Virus record (IMG/VR): IMGVR_UViG_3300044858_004828
Length of the DNA: 64,000 bases
DNA from: an uncultured virus (IMG/VR IMGVR_UViG_3300044858_004828)
Lineage: Duplodnaviria; Heunggongvirae; Uroviricota; Caudoviricetes
Direction: 5' to 3' (one strand)
The number at the start of each line of letters is the position of its first letter. Position 1 is the stretch's first letter. Positions 51,839 through 61,439 of this stretch are shown here, piece after piece. The notes beneath the pieces are model-generated. The model was not told the DNA's origin. It was given only the letters and a program-made list of their open reading frames with translations, and made no database searches. Made by a program: the position numbers and the translations under genes.

Positions 51839-52695
51839 CAATCCTTCTCCATTTCGGAGAAGTACTGTAGAGGATCTTTTTCCTCCACATCTTCAACAAC
51901 TGAAGTCTCTTCAACGTCATCCTCAATGCTCTTGCTCTCAGCAAACTGAGCACGGATATCGTCTCCTACAGACTTCTTAAATCGTGCATTCAACTCGTCA
52001 AAGCTCTTGAACTGACTCTTGTCAACAAAGGGCTTGAGCGGATACTGCTTCTTCCAAATTTCCTCAAGCTTCTTATCCTCACCACCAAACAGAGGTGCTG
52101 GTGTTGCAAATTCACTTCGGTCGTAGTTAACATAACCACCGACGTTGCGAATCTTGATCTTAAAATCTGCACCAGTCCAGAAGTTGAACGGATCTACTGC
52201 AACTTCATCTTGGAATTCTGGGTGAGCAAGGCTCTGGATCTTCTGGAAGATCTTGGTACCATACTGATAAAGGAAAACCTTTCCCTTATTCTCTGGATTG
52301 GCAGGATCTTCGATTACCAAGATGTTGGAAATGTACGTCAGCTTACGCTTACGCTGCCGTGCAATGTTCTTGTCATCCTCAATACCGCTATTCCACAGTT
52401 CCGTGTTTGCTGCACACACCGGGCACTTTTCACCGATGGTCGTGGGGCAGTTCTCATAGAACCAACCGCCTTTGCCCTTAAAAGTGTGACTATAGACTGC
52501 AACGAAAGGTGCATCCTCGCCATCAACTTCAGGAAGGAATCGGACAACCGCGTATCCGTTGCCAGCCTTATCGATACCCGGCTTCCATAGCCGTTCATCC
52601 TTATAGCCCTCCTTGGAGGTCATCTTATCAAGACGCTCTGTTAGGGCTGCGACTGAGTTCTTACTCTTCTTCTTAAAATCTGAAAAATTTGCCAT
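51838..52695 (-). CDS. gp32: Single-stranded DNA-binding protein
   Basis: DERLWKP..DKAGNGYAVVRFLP, ENCPTTIGEKCPVC, RKLTYISNILV, FNFWTGADFKIKIR, acidic tail. Confidence 0.98.
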   Translation of the reverse strand: MANFSDFKKKSKNSVAALTERLDKMTSKEGYKDERLWKPGIDKAGNGYAVVRFLPEVDGEDAPFVAVYSHTFKGKGGWFYENCPTTIGEKCPVCAANTELWNSGIEDDKNIARQRKRKLTYISNILVIEDPANPENKGKVFLYQYGTKIFQKIQSLAHPEFQDEVAVDPFNFWTGADFKIKIRNVGGYVNYDRSEFATPAPLFGGEDKKLEEIWKKQYPLKPFVDKSQFKSFDELNARFKKSVGDDIRAQFAESKSIEDDVEETSVVEDVEEKDPLQYFSEMEKD

Positions 52696-52741
52696 ATTTT
52701 TTCTTTCCCCAAGGATCTCCCTTGGCCTAAATGACTGATGT

Positions 52742-52769
52742 AAGATACCCCAAACTCCAGATCAGTCAA
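52742..52769 (-). promoter_or_regulatory. Sigma70-like promoter TTGACT-N16-TATCTT upstream of gp32
   Basis: Read from sequence. Confidence 0.6.
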
Positions 52770-52995
52770 CTGGTAGCTTACGGGTTTTTGACTTTTTAAG
52801 TAAATGAAGATTTTGAGCCTCTTGCTCAATTTTTTCAATTAATGGTTTTGTTAAAAGTTTTCCAGCCGCAGAGGGTTCTAAATTCATCTCATTGGACAAT
52901 TCTAAAACACAATCCATAAAAGATAAATTTGTGGATTTTACTCTTTCCAAAACTTTACTAGAAAACTTTTCCTTAGCAGCGTCATCTATATACAT
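52762..52995 (-). CDS. gp33: Late transcription coactivator
   Basis: KFSSKV..RV....LSFMDCVLE....NLEP..AGKLLTKPL.EKIE.EA..L.LL...RKLPV. Confidence 0.9.
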   Translation of the reverse strand: MYIDDAAKEKFSSKVLERVKSTNLSFMDCVLELSNEMNLEPSAAGKLLTKPLIEKIEQEAQNLHLLKKSKTRKLPVD

Positions 52996-53001
52996 GGTAC
53001 C

Positions 53002-53029
53002 AGTTTACTCTTTTAGATGTTAAAAGCAA
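53002..53029 (-). promoter_or_regulatory. Sigma70-like promoter TTGCTT-N16-TAAACT upstream of gp33
   Basis: The -10 box ends 7 nt before the ATG. Confidence 0.55.
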
Positions 53030-53085
53030 TAAATAAAATGATCTAAATATTCCTAGAACTATTTAGACCAATTTAAGGAAGATAT

Positions 53086-54078
53086 ATGCCAACACCATCA
53101 CCATTTGGCCCACAAGATGATAACGTAATTATTGAAACAGGCGGTCTTACATTCTTTGTCGCCACAGATTCTGTAGTATTTGCTGGCGTCACAGCTCAAT
53201 TCCAATTGCAAAAGTTAGCATTTGGTCCTACTGGTTCTGCACAAATTGTTGACTCCTCCAATGGTCTACCAGTAAACGTTATCGCTGGTGGTATTACAGC
53301 AAATTTGGTTGGTTTCTGTGGTGCTGTTGAGGGTATCGTTGGTGGAACTCCAGTAACAGTTGAGGGGACAGTATATGTTACTGGTATAACAAGCGCACCA
53401 GCCTATGTTAGAACTGCATCTGGCTATCAAGTAGAAATTACAGGTGGGGTACCATTAAACAAAACAAAAGATGCAATTTCTGTATTCGGACCATCTGGAA
53501 GTACATGGATTTTTGCAAATCTTGTAAATACATCCGGCAATGCAATAGGAACTACAGCAAATCCAATTTATGCCAATATTATTGGTGCAACAATAAGTGC
53601 AACAATAAATCCAATTGTTGGTGTAACCAATTCCGCAGCATCACCGCTTTTTGTTTGTGGTGTATCTGGTGCAACTGCTGTTAATGTAAATGTTCAAAAT
53701 ACTGTTGTAATAGATGACAGTTCTATATTGGTTGGAATGACTGCCATTTACGGTCAAGTCGTTACCCTAAACAGCAATCTTTCCACATTAGGTTTAGCCA
53801 AACCAGCATCTCTAAAAACTGGCCGCGTAACTTCGACATTCTCAACTACACAGCAACTTGACAGCGGATTTACCTGTCAGGCTGGTGTAAACATAAAAGC
53901 ACTTTCAACAAATACTGACTTTGTTTATGTCGGAAACACTTCAGCTTCTGCAACATTGATATCCTCTGGGTATGCTATGGATCCCGGAGATGAAACATTT
54001 GTAGATATTAATAACTTGAGTAAAATTTACATAGTAGCCGCAAGCGGAACACAATCCGTAACGTTCTTAGCGTCATAA
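53086..54078 (+). CDS. Beta-rich putative virion protein
   Basis: Gly/Thr/Val-rich with repeated NGLPV/ANPIY/ASPLFV motifs. TCTAAATA box at 53042-53049; AAGGA RBS. Confidence 0.65.
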   Translation: MPTPSPFGPQDDNVIIETGGLTFFVATDSVVFAGVTAQFQLQKLAFGPTGSAQIVDSSNGLPVNVIAGGITANLVGFCGAVEGIVGGTPVTVEGTVYVTGITSAPAYVRTASGYQVEITGGVPLNKTKDAISVFGPSGSTWIFANLVNTSGNAIGTTANPIYANIIGATISATINPIVGVTNSAASPLFVCGVSGATAVNVNVQNTVVIDDSSILVGMTAIYGQVVTLNSNLSTLGLAKPASLKTGRVTSTFSTTQQLDSGFTCQAGVNIKALSTNTDFVYVGNTSASATLISSGYAMDPGDETFVDINNLSKIYIVAASGTQSVTFLAS

Positions 54079-54079
54079 A

Positions 54080-55372
54080 ATGTCAACACCAAGTACATTA
54101 AACAATGTAAGAAATTACAAAAATTTTGGCTTAGTGGTATATGGAAATACCGCTGACCCAATTTTGACTAAAGGTTGGATTTCATCGAACCCAAATATTT
54201 TAGTTCAAGGAACGACATGTTACTTGGATTATTCTCACGTCTACAATACATCTGACCTTGTTTTTTTAAAAAAAACCTTTGGTAGATTTTCTTCGGGGAC
54301 TACATTTTCAATTCCAAGTTCTCAGTATTATGATCAAGAAAAAAATATTACAACTACTTTGGGGGGCACTTTAAATTATAGTTATAATTTAAATAATGGA
54401 AAAATCGTAGTAAGCACCATAAATTCTGGTTTTACATTTAGTTCTTCCTACAATCTTTATTCCAAAGACAACTTTGTTGATACCCCACAATATGTGTTTA
54501 GTAATACTGGCTTTACTGGAAACTTTGTATTGAATACATTTCCAAACAAAAACTCATCATTTGAAGAAATGGGTTTTTTAGGAAATCAATTTAATTTTGA
54601 AGAATACATAGATTTTAGTGGAGCAACCAGTACAAACTATGGAAGATTAAAAATTGATGGTTTTGCAAAACTAAAAGATGGTCAAGAAATACTTTATATT
54701 GTAAGTGGAACCACATTTCAAAATTTGACTGATTCCCAAATACAATTAAAATCCTATATTCGTGGTATATCAGACGTAACAGAAATACAAGAGCCAGAAA
54801 ATATAACCGGAATTTATAGAATACAAGATGCTTCAAGCAAGCTAGTAAATTGTTTTGAAAAACAAAACTACTACCAAGTATATCTTAGAAATCAATCACT
54901 GGGTTCTACTTATAATGGCTATTGGATTAATTGCGATACATGCCCAGATGATGTTTATTCTGAAGGGTTGGTGACAGAGGGATCACAGACAAATCTTGTT
55001 TTTGATAACAGTGTATATTTGTTTATCAATAAAATTGTAAATACTGTAGTAAATTCAACTGTTGCTTCATCGGCATATGCAGTTTATACTCAAAGACTTT
55101 ATAGCGGTTCTGCTCAAGTTGCAGCTAGATTATCATTTTCAATAAGTCAAGCTCTCAAAATTGATTTGAGCCATGCGTCTTTGCAGGGATGGAAATTTGA
55201 TATTTTCATGGACCCACAATACAAAATACCTCTCACCAGTAATTTGGTTGTTTCAGGACAACCGGGATACAATCAGGCATTTGTACTTGTGCAAAGTAAG
55301 CCAAACACCCCGAGAACTCTATACTGCCTTTTCCAAGGTCCACAGACTTTGACGTTTGTAATCAATATATAA
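54080..55372 (+). CDS. Hypothetical protein, probably structural
   Basis: 430-aa ORF translationally coupled to the previous gene; no motif recognised. Confidence 0.7.
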   Translation: MSTPSTLNNVRNYKNFGLVVYGNTADPILTKGWISSNPNILVQGTTCYLDYSHVYNTSDLVFLKKTFGRFSSGTTFSIPSSQYYDQEKNITTTLGGTLNYSYNLNNGKIVVSTINSGFTFSSSYNLYSKDNFVDTPQYVFSNTGFTGNFVLNTFPNKNSSFEEMGFLGNQFNFEEYIDFSGATSTNYGRLKIDGFAKLKDGQEILYIVSGTTFQNLTDSQIQLKSYIRGISDVTEIQEPENITGIYRIQDASSKLVNCFEKQNYYQVYLRNQSLGSTYNGYWINCDTCPDDVYSEGLVTEGSQTNLVFDNSVYLFINKIVNTVVNSTVASSAYAVYTQRLYSGSAQVAARLSFSISQALKIDLSHASLQGWKFDIFMDPQYKIPLTSNLVVSGQPGYNQAFVLVQSKPNTPRTLYCLFQGPQTLTFVINI

Positions 55373-55401
55373 AAAAAGCTCCGATTGCTCGGAGCTTTTT
55401 T
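55371..55401. terminator. Bidirectional intrinsic terminator
   Basis: AAAAAAGCTCCGA-TTGC-TCGGAGCTTTTTT between convergent genes. Confidence 0.9.
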
Positions 55402-55421
55402 CTGATGTGTTTGATTTTTAA

Positions 55422-55658
55422 TTAACGCGAACGGTTACGAGCAACACGATAATAAGAACGGCCATTGCGGGTCTCACGAACTACGGTGTAGTTCATATCA
55501 AAACGATCAAAAGCCTCACGGAGATCGTGCATGGTAGCACGCATGTTGCTGACACGGAAACGCTTCCGGGCCTCCCCTGCGGTTAGCGTAGCACCGCCAC
55601 GCATGTAATCAAACACTCTCTGAATCTTGGTAGGACGATCAACAGTTGTAATTTCCAT
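55422..55658 (-). CDS. Small winged-helix DNA-binding protein
   Basis: QRVFDYMRGGATLTAGEARKRFRVSNMRATMHDLR...YYRV helix-turn-helix plus wing pattern. Confidence 0.65.
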   Translation of the reverse strand: MEITTVDRPTKIQRVFDYMRGGATLTAGEARKRFRVSNMRATMHDLREAFDRFDMNYTVVRETRNGRSYYRVARNRSR

Positions 55659-55689
55659 ATAAATTTCCTTTCTTATAAGAAGTTGATCT

Positions 55690-55717
55690 AATATAGCCCC
55701 TAGAATTTGACTGTCAA
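55690..55717 (-). promoter_or_regulatory. Sigma70-like promoter TTGACA-N16-TATATT
   Basis: Upstream of the wHTH gene. Confidence 0.65.
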
Positions 55718-55753
55718 GTAATATACTAAATAATATCGACTGAGGAGCCCCCT

Positions 55754-56353
55754 ATGAGCGCAAGGAATCATCAGTTTGTCAGTCATGTGAAAAATCATCT
55801 GGCAGAATACGGCATGAAACTTGTTTTAGGCCGTGGAAAAATGGTTAACGTAGGTGGATATCGCTGCGTTGGTTATTTTGACGAAAACAAAAAAATTATA
55901 AAAATTGCAAAAGAATCTGCAGAATTTATGTCAACTTTAGTGCATGAATACTGCCATTTTTTGCAATGCATAAACAATTGTAAAATTTATAAAAAATCTG
56001 ATGCAGCCGGAGTTATTGTTGATGAATGGTTTAACGGAAAAGATTATGCCCCTGAAAAATTGAAGCGGGCATTTTTTCTTGTTAGGGCAATGGAAAGAGA
56101 CTGCGAAAAACGTGCAATAAAAATTATTAAAAAATTTAATTTACAAATAGATAGCAAGATGTACGCCAAGAAAGCACACTGCTATATCTACAGCCACTTT
56201 ATGATGGAAAAAACTCGTAAGTTTTGTTCCTACAAGAAAAGCCCATATCACAGCAAAATTGTGTTAAAAATTATGCCGTCAACCATGACTGCATTGAGTC
56301 ACAAAAAAATACCTAAAAAAGTTTATTCGGTTTTAGAATCGTTCGTGGTTTGA
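55754..56353 (+). CDS. HExxH zinc-metallopeptidase-like protein
   Basis: GYFD...STLVHEYCHFLQ...MERDCE. GAGGAG RBS; ACTAAATA box at 55725-55732. Confidence 0.65.
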   Translation: MSARNHQFVSHVKNHLAEYGMKLVLGRGKMVNVGGYRCVGYFDENKKIIKIAKESAEFMSTLVHEYCHFLQCINNCKIYKKSDAAGVIVDEWFNGKDYAPEKLKRAFFLVRAMERDCEKRAIKIIKKFNLQIDSKMYAKKAHCYIYSHFMMEKTRKFCSYKKSPYHSKIVLKIMPSTMTALSHKKIPKKVYSVLESFVV

Positions 56354-56688
56354 GATTTTAAATACTTTGCCACAAACAACTTCATATCAACATTATCGTA
56401 TGGCCATCTATCTTTTTCTTCCATAAAATTGTAATGGACCAGAGCTTCAATATGCTCTTCCATCATCTTTAAAGATTCGTCGTCTATAGGCCACTTTGTT
56501 CCTGTTTCATTTTCTAAGCAAGGGATCATATTTGCATTATGTTCGGCAACTATGAGGTCACCTATTTTTGCAACATTTCCTAAAATTTCTAAAGACTTGG
56601 CGCACTGGAAAAAAAGATCCTTCTTGACAGGATCTTCTTCTTTGCGAGCCAAGTTGCGAATTTCGTAAACTAGCTCTGGGATTTTCAT
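56323..56688 (-). CDS. Hypothetical protein
   Basis: 121-aa ORF with GGAG RBS. Confidence 0.65.
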   Translation of the reverse strand: MKIPELVYEIRNLARKEEDPVKKDLFFQCAKSLEILGNVAKIGDLIVAEHNANMIPCLENETGTKWPIDDESLKMMEEHIEALVHYNFMEEKDRWPYDNVDMKLFVAKYLKSQTTNDSKTE

Positions 56689-56700
56689 TTTAGTAACTCC

Positions 56701-57063
56701 TTAACTTAGTGTTAGGAGATACTTGGTTTGTTGAATCAGACCAAGCATCTCATCACGTATATTTAACAGTGCTGTCTGATCTGGTTTTATTTCTTTCGGC
56801 AATTCGTTCTTCAAATAGTCTTCAAATGAATCTAGTACTGAATTGATCCCAATCTTAAATGGTCCATTTAGTTTTAGTTCAGCAAAATCTTTCAATTCCT
56901 GCTTTCCTTTTACTCCCATGTAGGTTTCCGCAAAGGTATCAAGCAACTCATCTATACCTTCATATGCTTTTCCCAAGGCTTTGTGGGCAGCATAAGACTG
57001 TGTGCCCCAATGATGGAGGCGAATTTCGTTATTGAAGTTTAGTATTTTTTGAATGCAGGACAT
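56701..57063 (-). CDS. Dps/ferritin-like four-helix-bundle protein
   Basis: HHWGT.SYAAHKALG..YE.IDELLDTFAETYMG...NIRDEM......KYLLTL. Confidence 0.8.
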   Translation of the reverse strand: MSCIQKILNFNNEIRLHHWGTQSYAAHKALGKAYEGIDELLDTFAETYMGVKGKQELKDFAELKLNGPFKIGINSVLDSFEDYLKNELPKEIKPDQTALLNIRDEMLGLIQQTKYLLTLS

Positions 57064-57078
57064 ATAGTTTCCTTAAAG

Positions 57079-57693
57079 TTATTTATTTTCTTCCGTATTT
57101 GGCTTCAAAGTTTCATTTACTGCTGTTGCAATACCTTTAACCGAGTCAATTGCATCAGCAACTTTAAATCCTGCACCAGTTTCTGGTCCAAATTTTTTCA
57201 AAGGACAGGTGATTGAAGGCATATAAAGTTTTTGTGATAGACTGGCTCTGGGATTTCCAATTTTACAACCACACCCACCTTTACACCAACCGATGGGTTC
57301 TGTTTGTGGTAAAGGGTTTACTTTATAATCACATGCTAGGCAAATTTCTTTTCTTTTATTGTAGACTTCTTCAGAAACTTTACCATTAAACATTTGAGAA
57401 GTTTCTGCTTTTGCATATGAAACTGCTTTCTGTATCAAAGATGGTTCTTTTGGTTTGGGTATCATTGTAGTAGAATTTAATTTTTTTGGTATCGGTTGAG
57501 ATATAGTGAGAGAAACTATCTCTTTTCTTTCTTTGCATAATGCACAGTCTGGTGTAGAAGGATTTATATTTTTTAATGAACATTTTGTAATACACGATTC
57601 TTCATCAATATTCCAATATTCACAGTTTATTTTCTTTTTAAAATTTTTTGTATTGCAGTTATATCTGTCTGGTAAAAATATATTTTGTATCAT
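57079..57693 (-). CDS. Cys-rich hypothetical protein
   Basis: R..ICLAC...WCKGGCGC...KLYMPSITCP. Confidence 0.7.
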   Translation of the reverse strand: MIQNIFLPDRYNCNTKNFKKKINCEYWNIDEESCITKCSLKNINPSTPDCALCKERKEIVSLTISQPIPKKLNSTTMIPKPKEPSLIQKAVSYAKAETSQMFNGKVSEEVYNKRKEICLACDYKVNPLPQTEPIGWCKGGCGCKIGNPRASLSQKLYMPSITCPLKKFGPETGAGFKVADAIDSVKGIATAVNETLKPNTEENK

Positions 57694-57702
57694 AAAAATT
57701 CC

Positions 57703-60700
57703 TTACGTTAATGTAACATTGCAAATCTGTGGACCATCCATATCATCCCATCGATCCGGACATAAGAAACCACTTCCGATACCTTCACACTTTGTGTTTA
57801 TCATGCTTGTTACTGTTGGATTTTCTTCCCATTGCACTAATGTTTTAAAAGTTGGAACAACATCAGCAGAATTAATATCAGGACAAGCATATCCTGTGCA
57901 AGGAGTACAGGCACAATCTGAAATAGGCACTCTACCACAGCCACTCATAAACCATTTTACATAAGGTCTTTGTGCGCAGCATTTTGGAACTCTATTCATT
58001 TCGGCAAATACACCAATTCCATATGCATAAGATGCATAGTACAAAGTATAGGTTAATCTTCTTACAATTTTTTGACCACCATTCGGATAATTTGTAATAA
58101 TAAGTTGTTCATCCGTATCACACTCAGCAAATATATCTCCGGGAATACCTAATTGTTCATCTCTCCAACCACCAAGCCAATATTTGTCAGATGGAGAAAT
58201 GTTGGTAAAGGCAATTTTACCACCAAAAAGTGCATTTAATCTTGCAACATATGTTGATACTCTGCAGCCTTTTGCATAAACTCTAGGTCCACTCAAATCT
58301 GGTCCGCCCGGATCATTTTCACATGGATTGTCTATACCAGCCAAGCCCCCACCCAGCGCAAGATACTGTGGCAACTCATATCCACTACCTGTACTAAAAC
58401 AATTTTCAGTATCAAGCAAAACACATTCTGTAGTTGCTCTTATCAAAGCATCTTTTGATGCTTCCGACAGATCTGATTCAGTTGTCGGTACTCCAGACCG
58501 TAAAGGAAGACATGGAAAAGCTGCATCAACATAACATCTTTCTTGCAACCCAGTACCATATGCTCCCCCACCAATTAGTGAATATGTAAATAATTTTCCA
58601 ATTCCTTCTATAAAACCGTTTGGACACAAACCACCGGGTTGCGGGCAAGGAGGCTCTGAAAAACTTTGGGAAAAACTACCAGAAGAAGGACTGGCAACAA
58701 CTGAAACAGAATAAGAATCATTGTGGACTACCCCACCTGCTATTGCGCAATCGCAAGTGTTTACAGCATTACAATCTGGAAAATATTCTCCACGGCCATT
58801 CCATTGCATAGACACATTTACATTTGCTTTCCATGGACTTTTTCCTGACCATGCTTCTTCTACAACATCACAACATCCTCCAACAGGCTGGGTATCGTCT
58901 CCATCATCTTGATCACAAGATTCTCTTTCAATTACAATTGGGACTCCTTGGTAGCCACAGCATGGATCTTCAAGTATTATTTCACCTATGGTTCCTTGAT
59001 CAAAATATGATATGTCACCAAAAGGAACCCACAGGGAATACTTACCAACAATATAATACCAATCATCTTTTTTTGTCCAAAAAGTATCCGGGTAATTATC
59101 AATGTCGTCAACACATGCCACAAATCCTTTACTTGGACACGGTTCAATTGGTGCACAGGGGCATTGCTCTGCTCCCCAGCAGTCTGGTGTTGGATTCTGA
59201 TTATTCTTTTTTTTGCAAAGAGGCGTAGCCCACAAACCTTTACAACAATCTGCCCAAGGTCTGCATCGAATGTCAGTGAATACTGCATCTTCGGGTATTG
59301 TATTTTGACTATCACAATTTACACCACATTGGTAAAGAAGGTAGTAAAGTTCTCCTTCATATTTGAAAGTCTTGTAAAGAACCACATCAATTTCACCAGT
59401 ATTGGTAGAAAAAGTTATACCAGTTAAACCAGTTAAACCAAATCCGCTGTCTGGACAAGTGAACGCCCCAACACCACTTCCACCATATCCGCTTCCATAA
59501 GGCAAATCTTGTGCAGATTCTTGTCCACCTGTTCCTCCTGAATTTCCAGATACTCCTCTTGGGTCTAATTCTGTATTAAAATTTGCCAAAGAAGCGCACG
59601 GATTGTAACCCGAAGCACCCGAAGCACCCGAAGCACCCGAAGCACCCGAAGCTCCAGTTATTTCTATTGGACCAGACACACCATTTGTTCCACTCGGTCC
59701 TCCACAGCAGTTCTGGGTTTGTTCACATATGTATTGAGCTTGAGCATCACTTAGACAAATATAGCTTCTGTCCGGTATCTCATCTTTGCTGCTATCACAT
59801 AAACATTTTGCACCAGCAAATGTTAAAACAACTTTTCCCCAAGTTCCTGTTCCATCTGTATATGGATTTGTTGGAATCCATCCAACGCTTCCAGTTATTT
59901 TTTTGTTTCCACCCAAACCAGCAATATCATATATCCAATAATCTGGATCACACATATTTGGTGGACCAAGATCAGAACCTGCTTCCGAATATTCATCTAT
60001 TGTACTACTTCCACCACCGCCCCCATATCCACCACTACCACCTCCACCACCGCCTTTCTTTCCACCTCCACCGCCGCCTCCACCACCATTAATATCAACA
60101 AAAGCACCACGACCACCCTTTGTTCCTTGGCCATCTTGTGCATATGTTCCACCACACCCTCCGGTAGTCTGTGTTCCACCTCCCCCGCCTTCAGCACCTT
60201 TTCCAGCAATACCAGTGGTTACACCACCATGCCCACCGGGAGCAGGTTGTTTGCCACCACCACCACCACCAGCAGCAATTATAAATGCTGATTCTGGTTG
60301 TGTAACATCTGTAGCAACGAATGCAGCACCACCACCCCATGCCCCGTATCCCTGACCCCCACCAGCAGGAACTGTTTCGATATTACCAGTCCATCCTGTA
60401 AAAGATCTTCCCGGTTTAAACCCTAAGCCACCATAACCAACACATGCAAAATAATCTTTATTATAGGTTCCATTTTTTTGAGCATATGCTCCATTGCCTC
60501 CGGGGAATTGGCTATTAAATCCACCACCTCCCGCGCCCCAAGCTTTATAGGTAACTTTTCTTTCGGTATCGATTTCCAATTTCCAACAAATTAATGGATT
60601 GCATTGGCCGTCGAACCCACTACCAAAATTACCACCAGAACCCCAACCACCCCCACCATTTAATGGAAGCAAAGATGTTCCTATAGCATATCCTCTTAAA

Positions 60701-61038
60701 ATTGTTGGATCATTTGGGTCTGAGGTATTACAGTCAACTAATTTTATTTTTGCTGGTGGCATTCCATAGCCACTATCAATTCCAAAACCCAGTAAACTGT
60801 TTTCGTCTAAAAATTTATAATATGGATTTACATTTTTAAAATAGCCAGTTGAACCAAAAACTGGATGCGACTCTAAAGAGTTTAAATAATTTCGCATCGC
60901 AACAGATGTATTGGAACCATCTATACCAGAAAATCCAGTTCCGGTTGGATGAAAACCAGCAAAAGCCATTCCACCAAAACTACGACATGGAACAGCAATC
61001 CAACTTCCACCTTCACAGCAACATTTCTTTTTAGGCAT
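57703..61038 (-). CDS. Large Gly- and Cys-rich late protein with a glycine-rich (polyglycine-type) domain
   Basis: Starts MPKKKCCC. WGAGGGG...IIAAGGGGG...GGGGGSS region, (GAS)n tract and many Cys. TATAAATA upstream. Confidence 0.8.
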   Translation of the reverse strand: MPKKKCCCEGGSWIAVPCRSFGGMAFAGFHPTGTGFSGIDGSNTSVAMRNYLNSLESHPVFGSTGYFKNVNPYYKFLDENSLLGFGIDSGYGMPPAKIKLVDCNTSDPNDPTILRGYAIGTSLLPLNGGGGWGSGGNFGSGFDGQCNPLICWKLEIDTERKVTYKAWGAGGGGFNSQFPGGNGAYAQKNGTYNKDYFACVGYGGLGFKPGRSFTGWTGNIETVPAGGGQGYGAWGGGAAFVATDVTQPESAFIIAAGGGGGGKQPAPGGHGGVTTGIAGKGAEGGGGGTQTTGGCGGTYAQDGQGTKGGRGAFVDINGGGGGGGGGKKGGGGGGSGGYGGGGGSSTIDEYSEAGSDLGPPNMCDPDYWIYDIAGLGGNKKITGSVGWIPTNPYTDGTGTWGKVVLTFAGAKCLCDSSKDEIPDRSYICLSDAQAQYICEQTQNCCGGPSGTNGVSGPIEITGASGASGASGASGASGYNPCASLANFNTELDPRGVSGNSGGTGGQESAQDLPYGSGYGGSGVGAFTCPDSGFGLTGLTGITFSTNTGEIDVVLYKTFKYEGELYYLLYQCGVNCDSQNTIPEDAVFTDIRCRPWADCCKGLWATPLCKKKNNQNPTPDCWGAEQCPCAPIEPCPSKGFVACVDDIDNYPDTFWTKKDDWYYIVGKYSLWVPFGDISYFDQGTIGEIILEDPCCGYQGVPIVIERESCDQDDGDDTQPVGGCCDVVEEAWSGKSPWKANVNVSMQWNGRGEYFPDCNAVNTCDCAIAGGVVHNDSYSVSVVASPSSGSFSQSFSEPPCPQPGGLCPNGFIEGIGKLFTYSLIGGGAYGTGLQERCYVDAAFPCLPLRSGVPTTESDLSEASKDALIRATTECVLLDTENCFSTGSGYELPQYLALGGGLAGIDNPCENDPGGPDLSGPRVYAKGCRVSTYVARLNALFGGKIAFTNISPSDKYWLGGWRDEQLGIPGDIFAECDTDEQLIITNYPNGGQKIVRRLTYTLYYASYAYGIGVFAEMNRVPKCCAQRPYVKWFMSGCGRVPISDCACTPCTGYACPDINSADVVPTFKTLVQWEENPTVTSMINTKCEGIGSGFLCPDRWDDMDGPQICNVTLT

Positions 61039-61060
61039 AGACTTTCACCATACACTTTAT

Positions 61061-61435
61061 TTATAGCCGCTGAATACCATTGTCGTCCGTGTAATAAATT
61101 TTATGAAAAACTTCACCACACCACTTGGCACACACCGGACAAGGCTTAGAATTTCTAAAATTGCCAAATCGGTTGAATCTAAAATTAAGAAGAATCAACT
61201 TCTTGGATCTAAGAGCGTGTGGAATTTTTCTAAAGGCATCCAGTTCAGAATGCATCTCAGCACAACGATAACCCAAACGAAAAGTGTCGGGGTGGGTCTT
61301 AAAAATATTTTGACCCACCGCGACAATCTTTCGCTTGTAAATTATGAGAGATATGTGCTTCTTCTGTCTCTCCATTGCCATAGAAAGCGGCTTGGCAATG
61401 GGCATGTACGTTTCAATTATATTGTCAAGAGTCAT
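61061..61435 (-). CDS. Zinc-dependent cytidine/dCMP deaminase-fold protein
   Basis: HSE...SKPCPVC, matching H-x-E / P-C-x-x-C. Confidence 0.8.
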   Translation of the reverse strand: MTLDNIIETYMPIAKPLSMAMERQKKHISLIIYKRKIVAVGQNIFKTHPDTFRLGYRCAEMHSELDAFRKIPHALRSKKLILLNFRFNRFGNFRNSKPCPVCAKWCGEVFHKIYYTDDNGIQRL

Positions 61436-61439
61436 TCAA

